This document shows positions 8,369 through 17,433 of a stretch of DNA of 64,000 bases, in pieces (position 1 is the first letter of the stretch; the number at the start of each line of letters is the position of its first letter). The notes beneath the pieces were generated by a model that saw only the letters and a program-made list of their open reading frames with translations, had not been told where the DNA came from and did no database searches. Source of the DNA: a virus; the IMG/VR virus record IMGVR_UViG_3300027974_000023, positions 1 to 64,000 of that record. One strand, written 5' to 3'. Both the position numbers and the translations under genes were made by a program.

Positions 8369-9579
8369 TGCCAAAGAAAATACAAGAATGTACAATGGCG
8401 CACCTAGTTGGTGTGCCTTTGCCACAACATGCTGCTACTTATACAGTAATCAGCCACCAATTTGTTATTGATTATTCCAAACAGCAATTAACTGCTGCTG
8501 GATTTGTTATTGTAGATGAAGAGTACAGATGTACTGCTGACGGGCAAATTGCTCAAGGAGTTTATAGATTAAATTATAATCTAGACCCTGAATTATACAT
8601 GATGTTTGCTTGGACAAACAGTTACAACAAACAGGTTAAGTTTAAATGTTTGATTGGAGGTTATATTACAGCTACAGAAACTGTAATGACATCCGGTGAA
8701 ATTGGAACATGGACCAGAAAGCACACGGGAACTGCAGATGTAGAGACTAAAGCTACTATTGATGACCAGATTGCTAATGCACACATGTATTACTCTCAAT
8801 TAGTTTCTGATAAAGCTTTCATGGAAACAGTAACAATGACAAGAAGAAAACAAGCTCAGATGCTAGGTATTCTTTTTGCAGAGTATAGTATCCTAACTAC
8901 AGAGCAAGCTAGTATTATCCGTTCTCAGATGGATAGACCAAGTCATGTTTATAAAAACAATGATAGTTTATGGGCATTCTATAACTATGTTACTATTTCT
9001 CTTCAGATTTCACATCCTAGAACATGGATTGAGGACCAAAGAGTTCTTCACTATTTCTTGGATACTGTGAATAAGTTTCCAAAAGCTGGAGTAGCTGTTG
9101 TTCCTACGGTAGAAGCAGTAGAGGTGCCGGAATTTACGGATCCTAATCAAATAAACTTATTAGATCAAATTGCTGAAATTGAAGCAATTGAAGCTGTTGA
9201 AAGTTTAATAGAAAATTCTGAATCAAATAAAGAAGATGAAGAAGAAATAGCTGTATGCCCTCCACCTGTTGAAGAAATTGAAGAGCCTGAAGTAGAAAGT
9301 GAGTTTGCTTTAGAAGACAATGTTGAAGATATAATTACTTATACAGATCCTGTAGGTAATACATTTGAAGCACCAGTTATTGAAGAAGCACCAAAAATGA
9401 TTGACTTATCAGAACCTGAAAAATTATCATTAGATGATATTCTGATCAGAATTCCAAATGCAGAAAAAGCTAGAGAATTAGAAAAATCAGAAAATGATTT
9501 ATTTGACATGGAGCAAGATCTTGCTCTTGGTTCAGATGAAGATGATGAAGATCTGGATTCAATTCCAGACTTCTTTTAA
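8368..9579 (+). CDS. DUF932-like protein with acidic tail
   Basis: TYTVISHQFV...AWTNSYNKQ...RKHTG pattern typical of the DUF932 family; acidic C-terminus ending DSIPDFF. Confidence 0.65.
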   Translation: MPKKIQECTMAHLVGVPLPQHAATYTVISHQFVIDYSKQQLTAAGFVIVDEEYRCTADGQIAQGVYRLNYNLDPELYMMFAWTNSYNKQVKFKCLIGGYITATETVMTSGEIGTWTRKHTGTADVETKATIDDQIANAHMYYSQLVSDKAFMETVTMTRRKQAQMLGILFAEYSILTTEQASIIRSQMDRPSHVYKNNDSLWAFYNYVTISLQISHPRTWIEDQRVLHYFLDTVNKFPKAGVAVVPTVEAVEVPEFTDPNQINLLDQIAEIEAIEAVESLIENSESNKEDEEEIAVCPPPVEEIEEPEVESEFALEDNVEDIITYTDPVGNTFEAPVIEEAPKMIDLSEPEKLSLDDILIRIPNAEKARELEKSENDLFDMEQDLALGSDEDDEDLDSIPDFF

Positions 9580-9614
9580 TAGCTTGTTTGTGGTTAGACA
9601 AGTTTGTTATCATG

Positions 9615-9643
9615 AGGAGTAGTTTAGGCTACTCCTTTTTTTT
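9615..9643 (+). terminator. intrinsic terminator
   Basis: AGGAGTAGT-TTAG-GCTACTCCT followed by a T run. Confidence 0.8.
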
Positions 9644-9650
9644 ATATTTG
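9643..9650 (+). promoter_or_regulatory. sigma70 -7 box (TATATTTG)
   Basis: TAnnTTTG directly after the terminator, 16 nt before ATG 9667. Confidence 0.55.
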
Positions 9651-9666
9651 CATTTTAGAAATCATC

Positions 9667-9819
9667 ATGAGAATTTTATTATTCATTATCTTATTATCAT
9701 CTTGTGCAACTCACAGTAGTTTGAGGCAACAAGAAATTAGTTACAAGATTAAAAAAATGAAAAAAGAAGATAGTAAGATGTGGAAAAAAGTCCACAAAAC
9801 TAGAAGATTCAACAAGTAA
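9667..9819 (+). CDS. small lipoprotein (50 aa, not in ORF track)
   Basis: MRILLFIILLSSC-ATHSSLRQQEISYKIKKMKKEDSKMWKKVHKTRRFNK: basic residue, hydrophobic core, LSSC lipobox. Confidence 0.7.
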   Translation: MRILLFIILLSSCATHSSLRQQEISYKIKKMKKEDSKMWKKVHKTRRFNK

Positions 9820-9831
9820 ATCAAATATATT

Positions 9832-10011
9832 ATGAGTGAAGAACAAATTAGACAGCAAATTGCTGAGTACAAGAATGTGCTTACAGGTAACATATTCCAA
9901 GATGGAGAAGTTATGCAAAAAATTTATGAACTTAAAAAACAACTCAATCCTAGAATTGAACTTCACCCAGAGGAAGATGATGATGAGGGTTGTATAAATT
10001 GCAGTGGATAA
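9832..10011 (+). CDS. small protein with C-terminal CxxC (59 aa, not in ORF track)
   Basis: MSEEQIRQQIAEYKNVLTGNIFQDGEVMQKIYELKKQLNPRIELHPEEDDDEGCINCSG*; its stop overlaps the next ATG (TAATG). Confidence 0.75.
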   Translation: MSEEQIRQQIAEYKNVLTGNIFQDGEVMQKIYELKKQLNPRIELHPEEDDDEGCINCSG

Positions 10012-10529
10012 TGGAAAAAACAGTAAGTCCTAAAGACACAATTAGAGTTGTTAGAATAGCTCTAAAATGTGCAGATGCATTAGTAGACTTTGATGTCATT
10101 AATGATCTTATAGAAGATAAGAAAGCAAAGTATGTTAAGCATGATCTAAAAGATCCTTTCATTAAGTCTGGCTCTACTGTTGAGTTATTCAGCTCAGAAT
10201 TCTTAAAACATTTTGTTCAAGAAGATGAGAATACTCAAATGGAATTGCAACAAATATTTAGAGATTTTTCTAATAAGATTAAATTTATAAATGAAGAGTT
10301 AACAGCTCTCATACTATACTATGCAAAACTAAAATCAATCATTAATGATATTAGTGAGTTGAAGTATAATGACCAGTACATAGATTATTTATTAAAAATC
10401 TGTTTACTTTTTACAAGTAAAGTAGATTCTAAATACAAAGCTATATTAGAACGCACTGATGCCAAAGGGCATGGTGTACAAGATATCATAAATGGGTTAA
10501 ACAAACTAGGTAAAACAATAATGTATTAA
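10011..10529 (+). CDS. hypothetical helical protein
   Basis: ORF starting MEKTVSP, coupled to the upstream stop codon. Confidence 0.65.
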   Translation: MEKTVSPKDTIRVVRIALKCADALVDFDVINDLIEDKKAKYVKHDLKDPFIKSGSTVELFSSEFLKHFVQEDENTQMELQQIFRDFSNKIKFINEELTALILYYAKLKSIINDISELKYNDQYIDYLLKICLLFTSKVDSKYKAILERTDAKGHGVQDIINGLNKLGKTIMY

Positions 10530-10531
10530 TT

Positions 10532-10909
10532 ATGAAAAAACAATTAGACAGTGTACAAGTATTTCATGAAACTTTTAAACAAGTAAATGGAACTGAACCA
10601 AGATTGATAGAACATCATGAGTGGATGTTAAGACATAAACTTATGGCTGAAGAGAATGATGAGTATTTTGATGCTTGTGATAAAAGAGATATGGTAGAAA
10701 TAGCAGATGCTCTTGGAGATCAGTTATATATCTTATGCGGAACCATACTTAAACACGGTATGCAGGATATCATTGAGAAAGTATTTGATGAAATTCATTC
10801 AAGCAACATGAGCAAGGTTGGTGAAGATGGAGAAGCTATCATCAGAGAAGATGGTAAAATCTTAAAAGGAAAAAACTATTTTAAACCAAATTTACAACAG
10901 TTTTTATGA
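10532..10909 (+). CDS. MazG-like NTP pyrophosphohydrolase (PRA-PH / DR2231-like)
   Basis: EENDEY...EIADALGDQLY...FDEIHSSNMSK...REDGKILKG. Confidence 0.88.
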   Translation: MKKQLDSVQVFHETFKQVNGTEPRLIEHHEWMLRHKLMAEENDEYFDACDKRDMVEIADALGDQLYILCGTILKHGMQDIIEKVFDEIHSSNMSKVGEDGEAIIREDGKILKGKNYFKPNLQQFL

Positions 10910-11106
10910 AAGCAAAATGGAACGGAACATCAGTTTTTGTTACTATGGTTTCTTCAGACTGTAGTTATGCAATAGTAACAAAAAACAAAGACAAAGTTTC
11001 TGGTCAATTTAAAGTTGAGCTTGTAAACTTAGAAGGTTTAAACACTAATGACATACTTAAACTACAAAAGTTTAAATATGATAATACATGTAACACAGAA
11101 ATTTAG
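10906..11106 (+). CDS. hypothetical protein
   Basis: 66-aa ORF, ATGA overlap with the upstream gene. Confidence 0.55.
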   Translation: MKAKWNGTSVFVTMVSSDCSYAIVTKNKDKVSGQFKVELVNLEGLNTNDILKLQKFKYDNTCNTEI

Positions 11107-11110
11107 AAAC

Positions 11111-11138
11111 GGGAGAGCTTAGGCTCTCCCTTTTTTTT
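11111..11138. terminator. terminator between convergent modules
   Basis: GGGAGAGC-TTAG-GCTCTCCC plus T8 on the + strand; sits between the convergent + and - gene blocks. Confidence 0.85.
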
Positions 11139-11148
11139 CTCCTGAGCT

Positions 11149-14100
11149 TTATCTTACTCTACCAGCACCTTTAGATAAGTTTTTCAATACAGATTCAGGA
11201 TCTCCTGTACCAGCTGTGAAACCAACTGCAGAAAATAATCTTTTCCATATTTTTAACTCATCTTTTTGTTGCCACCAGTATGGTCCAGTATCTTTTTTAA
11301 ATCTTGCTGCTTCATTGAAAGTTAATACATTTAGTATATCACCAAAGATTTCAGTGTATAGTAACAATGTATTTCCAAAAGCAGTAGTAGTAGATGTTAA
11401 CATTTTACCATAATCATCTGCTCCTAAGTTTAAACCAAATACTTTAGGAAGTGGAACAAAGGCTCCTGTTTCAGCTTGTAACCCTAATAATAATAAGAGA
11501 GCATGATTAGCAAGGAATCCATAAGTATTATACTCATCTGTACCAAAAGCACCAGATCTAGCTTTTACTTTTTTCCATTTGTCATCATCATCATCTGTGT
11601 ATCCAAATAACATAGAAGCAAGTAATGCAGTAAACACAATCATCATTCCTTCAGCAGCAAATCTTCTAAAGTCTGCTTTTTCTTGATCGGTCATATACTG
11701 ATAGTTAGCTCCTTTAGATTTTAATATACCCCACATTGTTTGGAATGCAGATATATAAAACCCTTTTGTTGTTTTACCAAGAGCCCAATCATATCTATCA
11801 CCACCAAAGTTTTGTTTAGAAACATCCATACCAAAACGGTTAGCAAACATTGGAGTAAACCATTTTCTCATGAAGAAGAACATACGGTACATAATGTACT
11901 TGTTACCCTCTGGTTGACCAAACTTATCATAAACCCCAAATAGTCTTCTAGAAGTTCCTTGCAATCTATTTTTAAAAAGTTTAAATTTTTCAGATTTAGC
12001 AATTACAATTTCTTGACCATCTTCAAGCTGTTCAACAACTTTTATACTATTTTTTGCTTTTAATTCTTCCAGAGTGATTCCATATTTATCTGCAATTTCT
12101 TGCAAGCTTTCACCTTTAGCATAAGTATGATATACAGATTTGTAATCCCAACCTGGATGAATACCCTTTTTTAACTGAAGAACACCTTCTGCATCTTTTT
12201 CCCATGCATCAGCATATCTTATAAGAGTAGATTTACCATCCGCTCCAACCATATCTATTTTTTGACCATGCAAGAAACTACCAAATAATTTCATAGCAAC
12301 TTCCATCTCACCAAACTTACGGTGCATGAACATCCACTCACCATTTACTAAGTCTTTGTATAAACTTCTTGTAATAGATCTACCAAATTCATCTTCCATT
12401 TTAAATACTGGATCAAATACTTGTACAAGTTGTGTACTTACTGCTCCAGGACCAATCTGATAGATTCCTTTTGTAGTCCACTCTAACATAGCTTTAGTAG
12501 CCCAAGGTGTAGCAATAGCAATATCCTTTAATGTAATAAAGTCACCACCTGCTCCTTCAATAAGAGTTTGGACATAACCAGAATATTTATTTTTTAAATC
12601 TGAAGGAATATTAAGCGTTAATGCAGATTTACTTGATAGCTTAGTAAGTGTGTTTAACCATTTACCTAGTCTTGGGTAGTTTTCTTCAAGACCAATTACA
12701 TTAACACCGTAGTATTCTCTTTCTATTAAAGATCTTACTTGACCTAATCTATTGTTAGCAGCTCCTTTTTTATTTATGTTTTGCAATTGATTTCTTACAT
12801 TAAACTGACCTTTAGAGAACTTCTCTAAATTCTTTGGTTGGTTAGCTGGATCTTCTAAGGTAGAAAGTAAACTTTGCACCAATGGTAATGATTCATTCAG
12901 CTTCCCTTGTGTTTGCAAAGAAAGAGCATACTTAAACATACTTTGTATGATATCAGCATCCGTATCTTTTATATCTAAGTTATAAAGACCTGTTACGGGA
13001 ATGTATGAAACTTCATCTCCTCTTAAATCTGTATTAACCAAGTTGTTTTCCGGATTGTAATTTAAATCATTTTCAAAATCCACTACTGAAGTACCAAACT
13101 GTTGTTTCAACATTGATTTAATACTACCCCAAGCTTCTTTATATCTTTCACCATAAGCACCTCTATTTAAAGCCTGATAGATATCTCCTTTATTTACAGC
13201 AAATCTTGGAACATCTAAATATAACTTACCAAATGTACTTTGACTTTTTTGCATTTCAAGGTGATGTTCTTTCATTGCTTCTAGCAATTGATACTCTGCA
13301 GAATTAGATGCTTTTAAAGCAGCATATCTTTTATCCATGAATTTGTCATCCCTTGCAGAATTTTTTACACCTGGTTGAAAGCTTCTTGGTAAGAAATTAC
13401 CTTTATTGTCTATGTATTTACCAACATAGTTTTCTCTTACATCTTCTCTAGGAATTGTTCTGTATTTATCTTTTACTTCTAATCTAGAATGTCTTGCACC
13501 AGGAACACCAAAGATTTCTATTTTCTCTCCTGTTTCTGTATTATTGATGTATGTCTTAATAAAATGATCAGGATTACTTGGTTTAGTAAATGAATTGGCT
13601 GCAGTTCTTTGAAAAACATTAACCCAATCCTTTGCATCTTTATCATATCTTGTATTCTCAACATGATTCAAATTAAACCAGTCAGCTAATTTTTCATCTT
13701 TTTCTAATAAATCTTGAAAAGTTTCACTGTTTATAAAATCATCAACTGTTAATTCATCTACTTCTTTAATGTTGTACTTAGATAAATGCATATTGATTGC
13801 ATCCAAGTAATATTCTGTAGGAATTTTATTTGACATATCTCTAAGCTCAGCAAATAAAGCATCAAGTTCTACTAATAACTTAGGATCAATCCCACTATCT
13901 TTTTGTTTTTGTAAGAGTCTCATGTACTCTTTACTATCTTCTGGAGTTAATGTTCTTTTCTTAGCTTTATCTGCATAAGAGTTTAACAATTCTGTATCTG
14001 CTTTAGAAAGACCTGACTTACTATCTACATTATTTCTAAAGTTAATAATAGCTTGTTCCATGTCTTTGATTTTTTTTAACCTCTCAACTCCTAATTGACT

Positions 14101-17100
14101 TGTATCAGGTTGTCCAAAATCATCTCGGTAACTATAAATTAAATCACTGATTGTTTTATAAGCAGCACTTACATCAAACTCTGATTTAAATGCATCATTC
14201 ATTTTAGATTGAATTTTAGCTAATCTTGTAAATAATTTAGCTCTTTGTTCATAAAAAGCTGTATCATAAACTACTTTAACATTTTGTTTAAGCCATTCAT
14301 TATACTTTTTATTAAACTCAACTGTTCCGTTTTCAATACCAAGTGTTTTAAGACCAATTATGAATTGATTATAAGAAGTCTCAAGGGATCCCTCAAGGGG
14401 AATAAACTCATAGAAACCGCTTGTAGCTTGTCTATGTTGCTGAAGTACTTTAGAAATAGATAAATCATAAATACCTTTAGAAGGATCATCAAATTTAGCA
14501 GTTCCATCTTCATATAAACTAGAATATAACTGTTTGTATTCTCTGTAAGCGGCTTCAATTTCTCCATAATGTTCAAATCTATCAAGTTCTTTTGTAAACT
14601 GATTGTTCAAGTTATTAAATTTATCAAGAGCTTGTTTTCTTGCTAAGTATGCCAAGTTACCAGCTTCAGACTCTTTAAAGATATCATCTTTTTTATAGTA
14701 CTCTGGAGTGTATTCTTGCCACATATAGTCAGTATTAAACTGTCTTAATGCAGATAATGCTTGAGCCGTTTTTTCTTTATCACCTGATTCTTTTGCTTGA
14801 TCATAGTTGTATTCAAGAATATCTAACTGATATCTCCAACCATTACCAAATTCATTTAAGAAAGTGTAGATTTCTTTTTCTGTTGTCTTACCAGTTTTTT
14901 TATCATAAGTCATTATGGTATCTACACCAGCAACCATATCTCTTACCTGAGTAGAATTTAATTTATTAAAGTTTACTTTTGGTAAAAGCTCTTCTAGTTT
15001 TTTCTGAAACTTAGCTGACTTATGCCATACTTCTGTTTCAACTTCAGTCTTTTGATTCTGAATAAAGTTAGCAAGAGGTCCTGCAATGATATCATTACTT
15101 GAACTATATGTCTCTAACCATCTGTTGAACCAAGAGACATCCTTAGCATGTCCTGTTAAAGCTTTTGTAATTCTGTCTTCATCAACAATGTAATCATTAT
15201 ACTTTTTGATGAACTCATTAAGTCTATCAACAGGAACACCATCTTTTGCTAAAGCTTCAATATCTTCTGTTGTTAATGATTGTGTGGTAACTTTATCTAC
15301 AATGCCTGTAATAACATTCTCAAGATCTTCTGGAGCATAAGCTTTTTGTAATGCAGCTTTTAAGTCTGTGTTTAATTGTTTAATAACAAAGTCATTCATA
15401 TAACTGGTTGCTTCAACAAAAAATTGAACATTGTTCTTCTTGTATATATTAGCAATCTGAGTTTGAATTATGCTTACATTATTTTTAAGCTTATTAAGTG
15501 TTATATAGAATTCACTTGATGTATCAATTTCATCAACATTCAAGATATTGTTAATCTCATCTATGATTGAATCCCAGGCATAAGCAGTGTTTTTATACAA
15601 ATTAACTAAACTAACAATCTGTCTATTATTAATATTGCTTTGAGATAAAATTTTGTTTAAGTCTTTGATAATTAAATCACTAGACATGTCCATCTTATTT
15701 AAACTGTTAACTAAAGCATCAGCTTTAAGTTTAGTTTCAATCATTCTTTTTTCTTCAGCATCTAATACATTATCAATAATTGCAGCTGTATCAAGTATAT
15801 TATCTGTTTCAATATTTTGGTATCCTTTAAGAGTACTTACTACTTCTGGTAATAAACTTGTAGTACCTTCTTTAAAAAGAGTTTGTTTAAGTCTTTCATA
15901 AGTAGGTTTATCTGCACGGAAGTTTCTTGCTTGGTTAAGTAAGATTCTGTTTTGTGCATATACTTCATTTACTACTTTTTGTAAAGACTCTGGTGAAGTT
16001 TTACTTACTAACTCATTAGCTCTTTCAGTAACAAATCTCCCGTACATGACCAAGTCATCCTCAGATATCATGTCTGTAGCAAATTCAAAGTCTTTTTCCA
16101 ATAGCATTTCAGCAAGTTCATCTAATGTAGTATCTACATCTAAGTTTTTTACATTGACTTTTTCACCAAAAATATTACGGAGAAATTGCTTCATTGCTGC
16201 TAAAAGCTTAGTGATAAAAGCATCAAAACCTTTTGACTCTATTTCATTATTAACTCTGTTGGTAGCTTTTAATTGTAAAGCAAATGATAATACTTCTTCT
16301 TTAAAAAGATCATTGCCTACTTCTAACTCTGGATATTCTTTTTCTACATGTGCAAAAAGTGTTTTTCCCTCATCTGTCATCATAAGTTGATTAAACAGAT
16401 TGTTAAACAAAGCAGGGTTGCTTTTTCTTATACCTCCTAATAAAGGGTGAGAAAACTCATGAAGAACAGTTCTAACATTTACATTATCCCCTACTACATA
16501 TACAGTTCCAGCATAATAAAATGCAGCTTCTCCATTATATGGCACCGGTGAGCTTTTCAAGGTTTTCACTGCTTCCTCAGCACTAATGTTAAAATAATTC
16601 ACATTTAATCCTTGTGAAAGCCTTTGAGCTAAAACATCAGCAACTTCTTTTGTTCTTGCACTATTTATAATATCAACATTAATGTCAACTAATGGAATTT
16701 CTTCATTGAAACTTATTTCAAATACTTTTTTTATTAATGCTTCATCTTTAAGATCTTCTAAAGCTCTTTTGTTAATTTCACTTTCATAATCACCTTTTCT
16801 TCTGTTAGGAAAATCTTTATCAAAATCTTCTCTAGAATACAAAGAATGCTGATACTCATGATTAATTACAAAATGTTCCCACTCAATATAATTTTTAAAT
16901 ATATCTTCTGGTAACGCTTGTGCAGAACTTTCAACAATTTCACCATGCAAATTTTCTTTTAATTTTCTTGGTTTAGTCCAAGCTTTTTCTTCAAATTTTT
17001 GCTTTAATAAATTTCTGTTTACTTTTATTATATTATTTGCTCTATTATAACTAGCTGCACCTTTACCACCCTCATAAGAAATAATATCTTCAGTATCTAC

Positions 17101-17430
17101 TACAGGAATTCCTTTATAAGTATTAGAGTTTTCTGTAGTTGCTGGTTTATAATTATTGATCTTATCTTGAAGCTCATTAAACAAATAATCATTTGTATAG
17201 ACCTTTTCAGCATTACTGATAATACTTTTTCTGGTAAACAACAGATTTTTACCTCCTGTTATTAAACCATATTTCTTTTCAGCAAGTTCTGTAAGTTTAT
17301 TTATTTGTTCAAGTAATGTACCTTTTTTTGCTATTTGAGCTCTATCAAGTTCAATTACATTGTTATCAGAATCAATAAAACCTTCATCGGTTAAATACTG
17401 CAGTGTTTTTGCTGTTACTTCACAAGTCAT
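11149..17430 (-). CDS. giant virion cargo protein with two zincin motifs, LysM domain and C-terminal hydrophobic helices
   Basis: 2093 aa; HEYQH (aa 191), HEFSH (aa 324); LysM-like HTYAKGESLQEIADKYGITLEELKAKN; hydrophobic MMIVFTALLASMLFG; adjacent to vRNAP as in crAss-like phages. Confidence 0.8.
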   Translation of the reverse strand: MTCEVTAKTLQYLTDEGFIDSDNNVIELDRAQIAKKGTLLEQINKLTELAEKKYGLITGGKNLLFTRKSIISNAEKVYTNDYLFNELQDKINNYKPATTENSNTYKGIPVVDTEDIISYEGGKGAASYNRANNIIKVNRNLLKQKFEEKAWTKPRKLKENLHGEIVESSAQALPEDIFKNYIEWEHFVINHEYQHSLYSREDFDKDFPNRRKGDYESEINKRALEDLKDEALIKKVFEISFNEEIPLVDINVDIINSARTKEVADVLAQRLSQGLNVNYFNISAEEAVKTLKSSPVPYNGEAAFYYAGTVYVVGDNVNVRTVLHEFSHPLLGGIRKSNPALFNNLFNQLMMTDEGKTLFAHVEKEYPELEVGNDLFKEEVLSFALQLKATNRVNNEIESKGFDAFITKLLAAMKQFLRNIFGEKVNVKNLDVDTTLDELAEMLLEKDFEFATDMISEDDLVMYGRFVTERANELVSKTSPESLQKVVNEVYAQNRILLNQARNFRADKPTYERLKQTLFKEGTTSLLPEVVSTLKGYQNIETDNILDTAAIIDNVLDAEEKRMIETKLKADALVNSLNKMDMSSDLIIKDLNKILSQSNINNRQIVSLVNLYKNTAYAWDSIIDEINNILNVDEIDTSSEFYITLNKLKNNVSIIQTQIANIYKKNNVQFFVEATSYMNDFVIKQLNTDLKAALQKAYAPEDLENVITGIVDKVTTQSLTTEDIEALAKDGVPVDRLNEFIKKYNDYIVDEDRITKALTGHAKDVSWFNRWLETYSSSNDIIAGPLANFIQNQKTEVETEVWHKSAKFQKKLEELLPKVNFNKLNSTQVRDMVAGVDTIMTYDKKTGKTTEKEIYTFLNEFGNGWRYQLDILEYNYDQAKESGDKEKTAQALSALRQFNTDYMWQEYTPEYYKKDDIFKESEAGNLAYLARKQALDKFNNLNNQFTKELDRFEHYGEIEAAYREYKQLYSSLYEDGTAKFDDPSKGIYDLSISKVLQQHRQATSGFYEFIPLEGSLETSYNQFIIGLKTLGIENGTVEFNKKYNEWLKQNVKVVYDTAFYEQRAKLFTRLAKIQSKMNDAFKSEFDVSAAYKTISDLIYSYRDDFGQPDTSQLGVERLKKIKDMEQAIINFRNNVDSKSGLSKADTELLNSYADKAKKRTLTPEDSKEYMRLLQKQKDSGIDPKLLVELDALFAELRDMSNKIPTEYYLDAINMHLSKYNIKEVDELTVDDFINSETFQDLLEKDEKLADWFNLNHVENTRYDKDAKDWVNVFQRTAANSFTKPSNPDHFIKTYINNTETGEKIEIFGVPGARHSRLEVKDKYRTIPREDVRENYVGKYIDNKGNFLPRSFQPGVKNSARDDKFMDKRYAALKASNSAEYQLLEAMKEHHLEMQKSQSTFGKLYLDVPRFAVNKGDIYQALNRGAYGERYKEAWGSIKSMLKQQFGTSVVDFENDLNYNPENNLVNTDLRGDEVSYIPVTGLYNLDIKDTDADIIQSMFKYALSLQTQGKLNESLPLVQSLLSTLEDPANQPKNLEKFSKGQFNVRNQLQNINKKGAANNRLGQVRSLIEREYYGVNVIGLEENYPRLGKWLNTLTKLSSKSALTLNIPSDLKNKYSGYVQTLIEGAGGDFITLKDIAIATPWATKAMLEWTTKGIYQIGPGAVSTQLVQVFDPVFKMEDEFGRSITRSLYKDLVNGEWMFMHRKFGEMEVAMKLFGSFLHGQKIDMVGADGKSTLIRYADAWEKDAEGVLQLKKGIHPGWDYKSVYHTYAKGESLQEIADKYGITLEELKAKNSIKVVEQLEDGQEIVIAKSEKFKLFKNRLQGTSRRLFGVYDKFGQPEGNKYIMYRMFFFMRKWFTPMFANRFGMDVSKQNFGGDRYDWALGKTTKGFYISAFQTMWGILKSKGANYQYMTDQEKADFRRFAAEGMMIVFTALLASMLFGYTDDDDDKWKKVKARSGAFGTDEYNTYGFLANHALLLLLGLQAETGAFVPLPKVFGLNLGADDYGKMLTSTTTAFGNTLLLYTEIFGDILNVLTFNEAARFKKDTGPYWWQQKDELKIWKRLFSAVGFTAGTGDPESVLKNLSKGAGRVR

Positions 17431-17433
17431 TTC

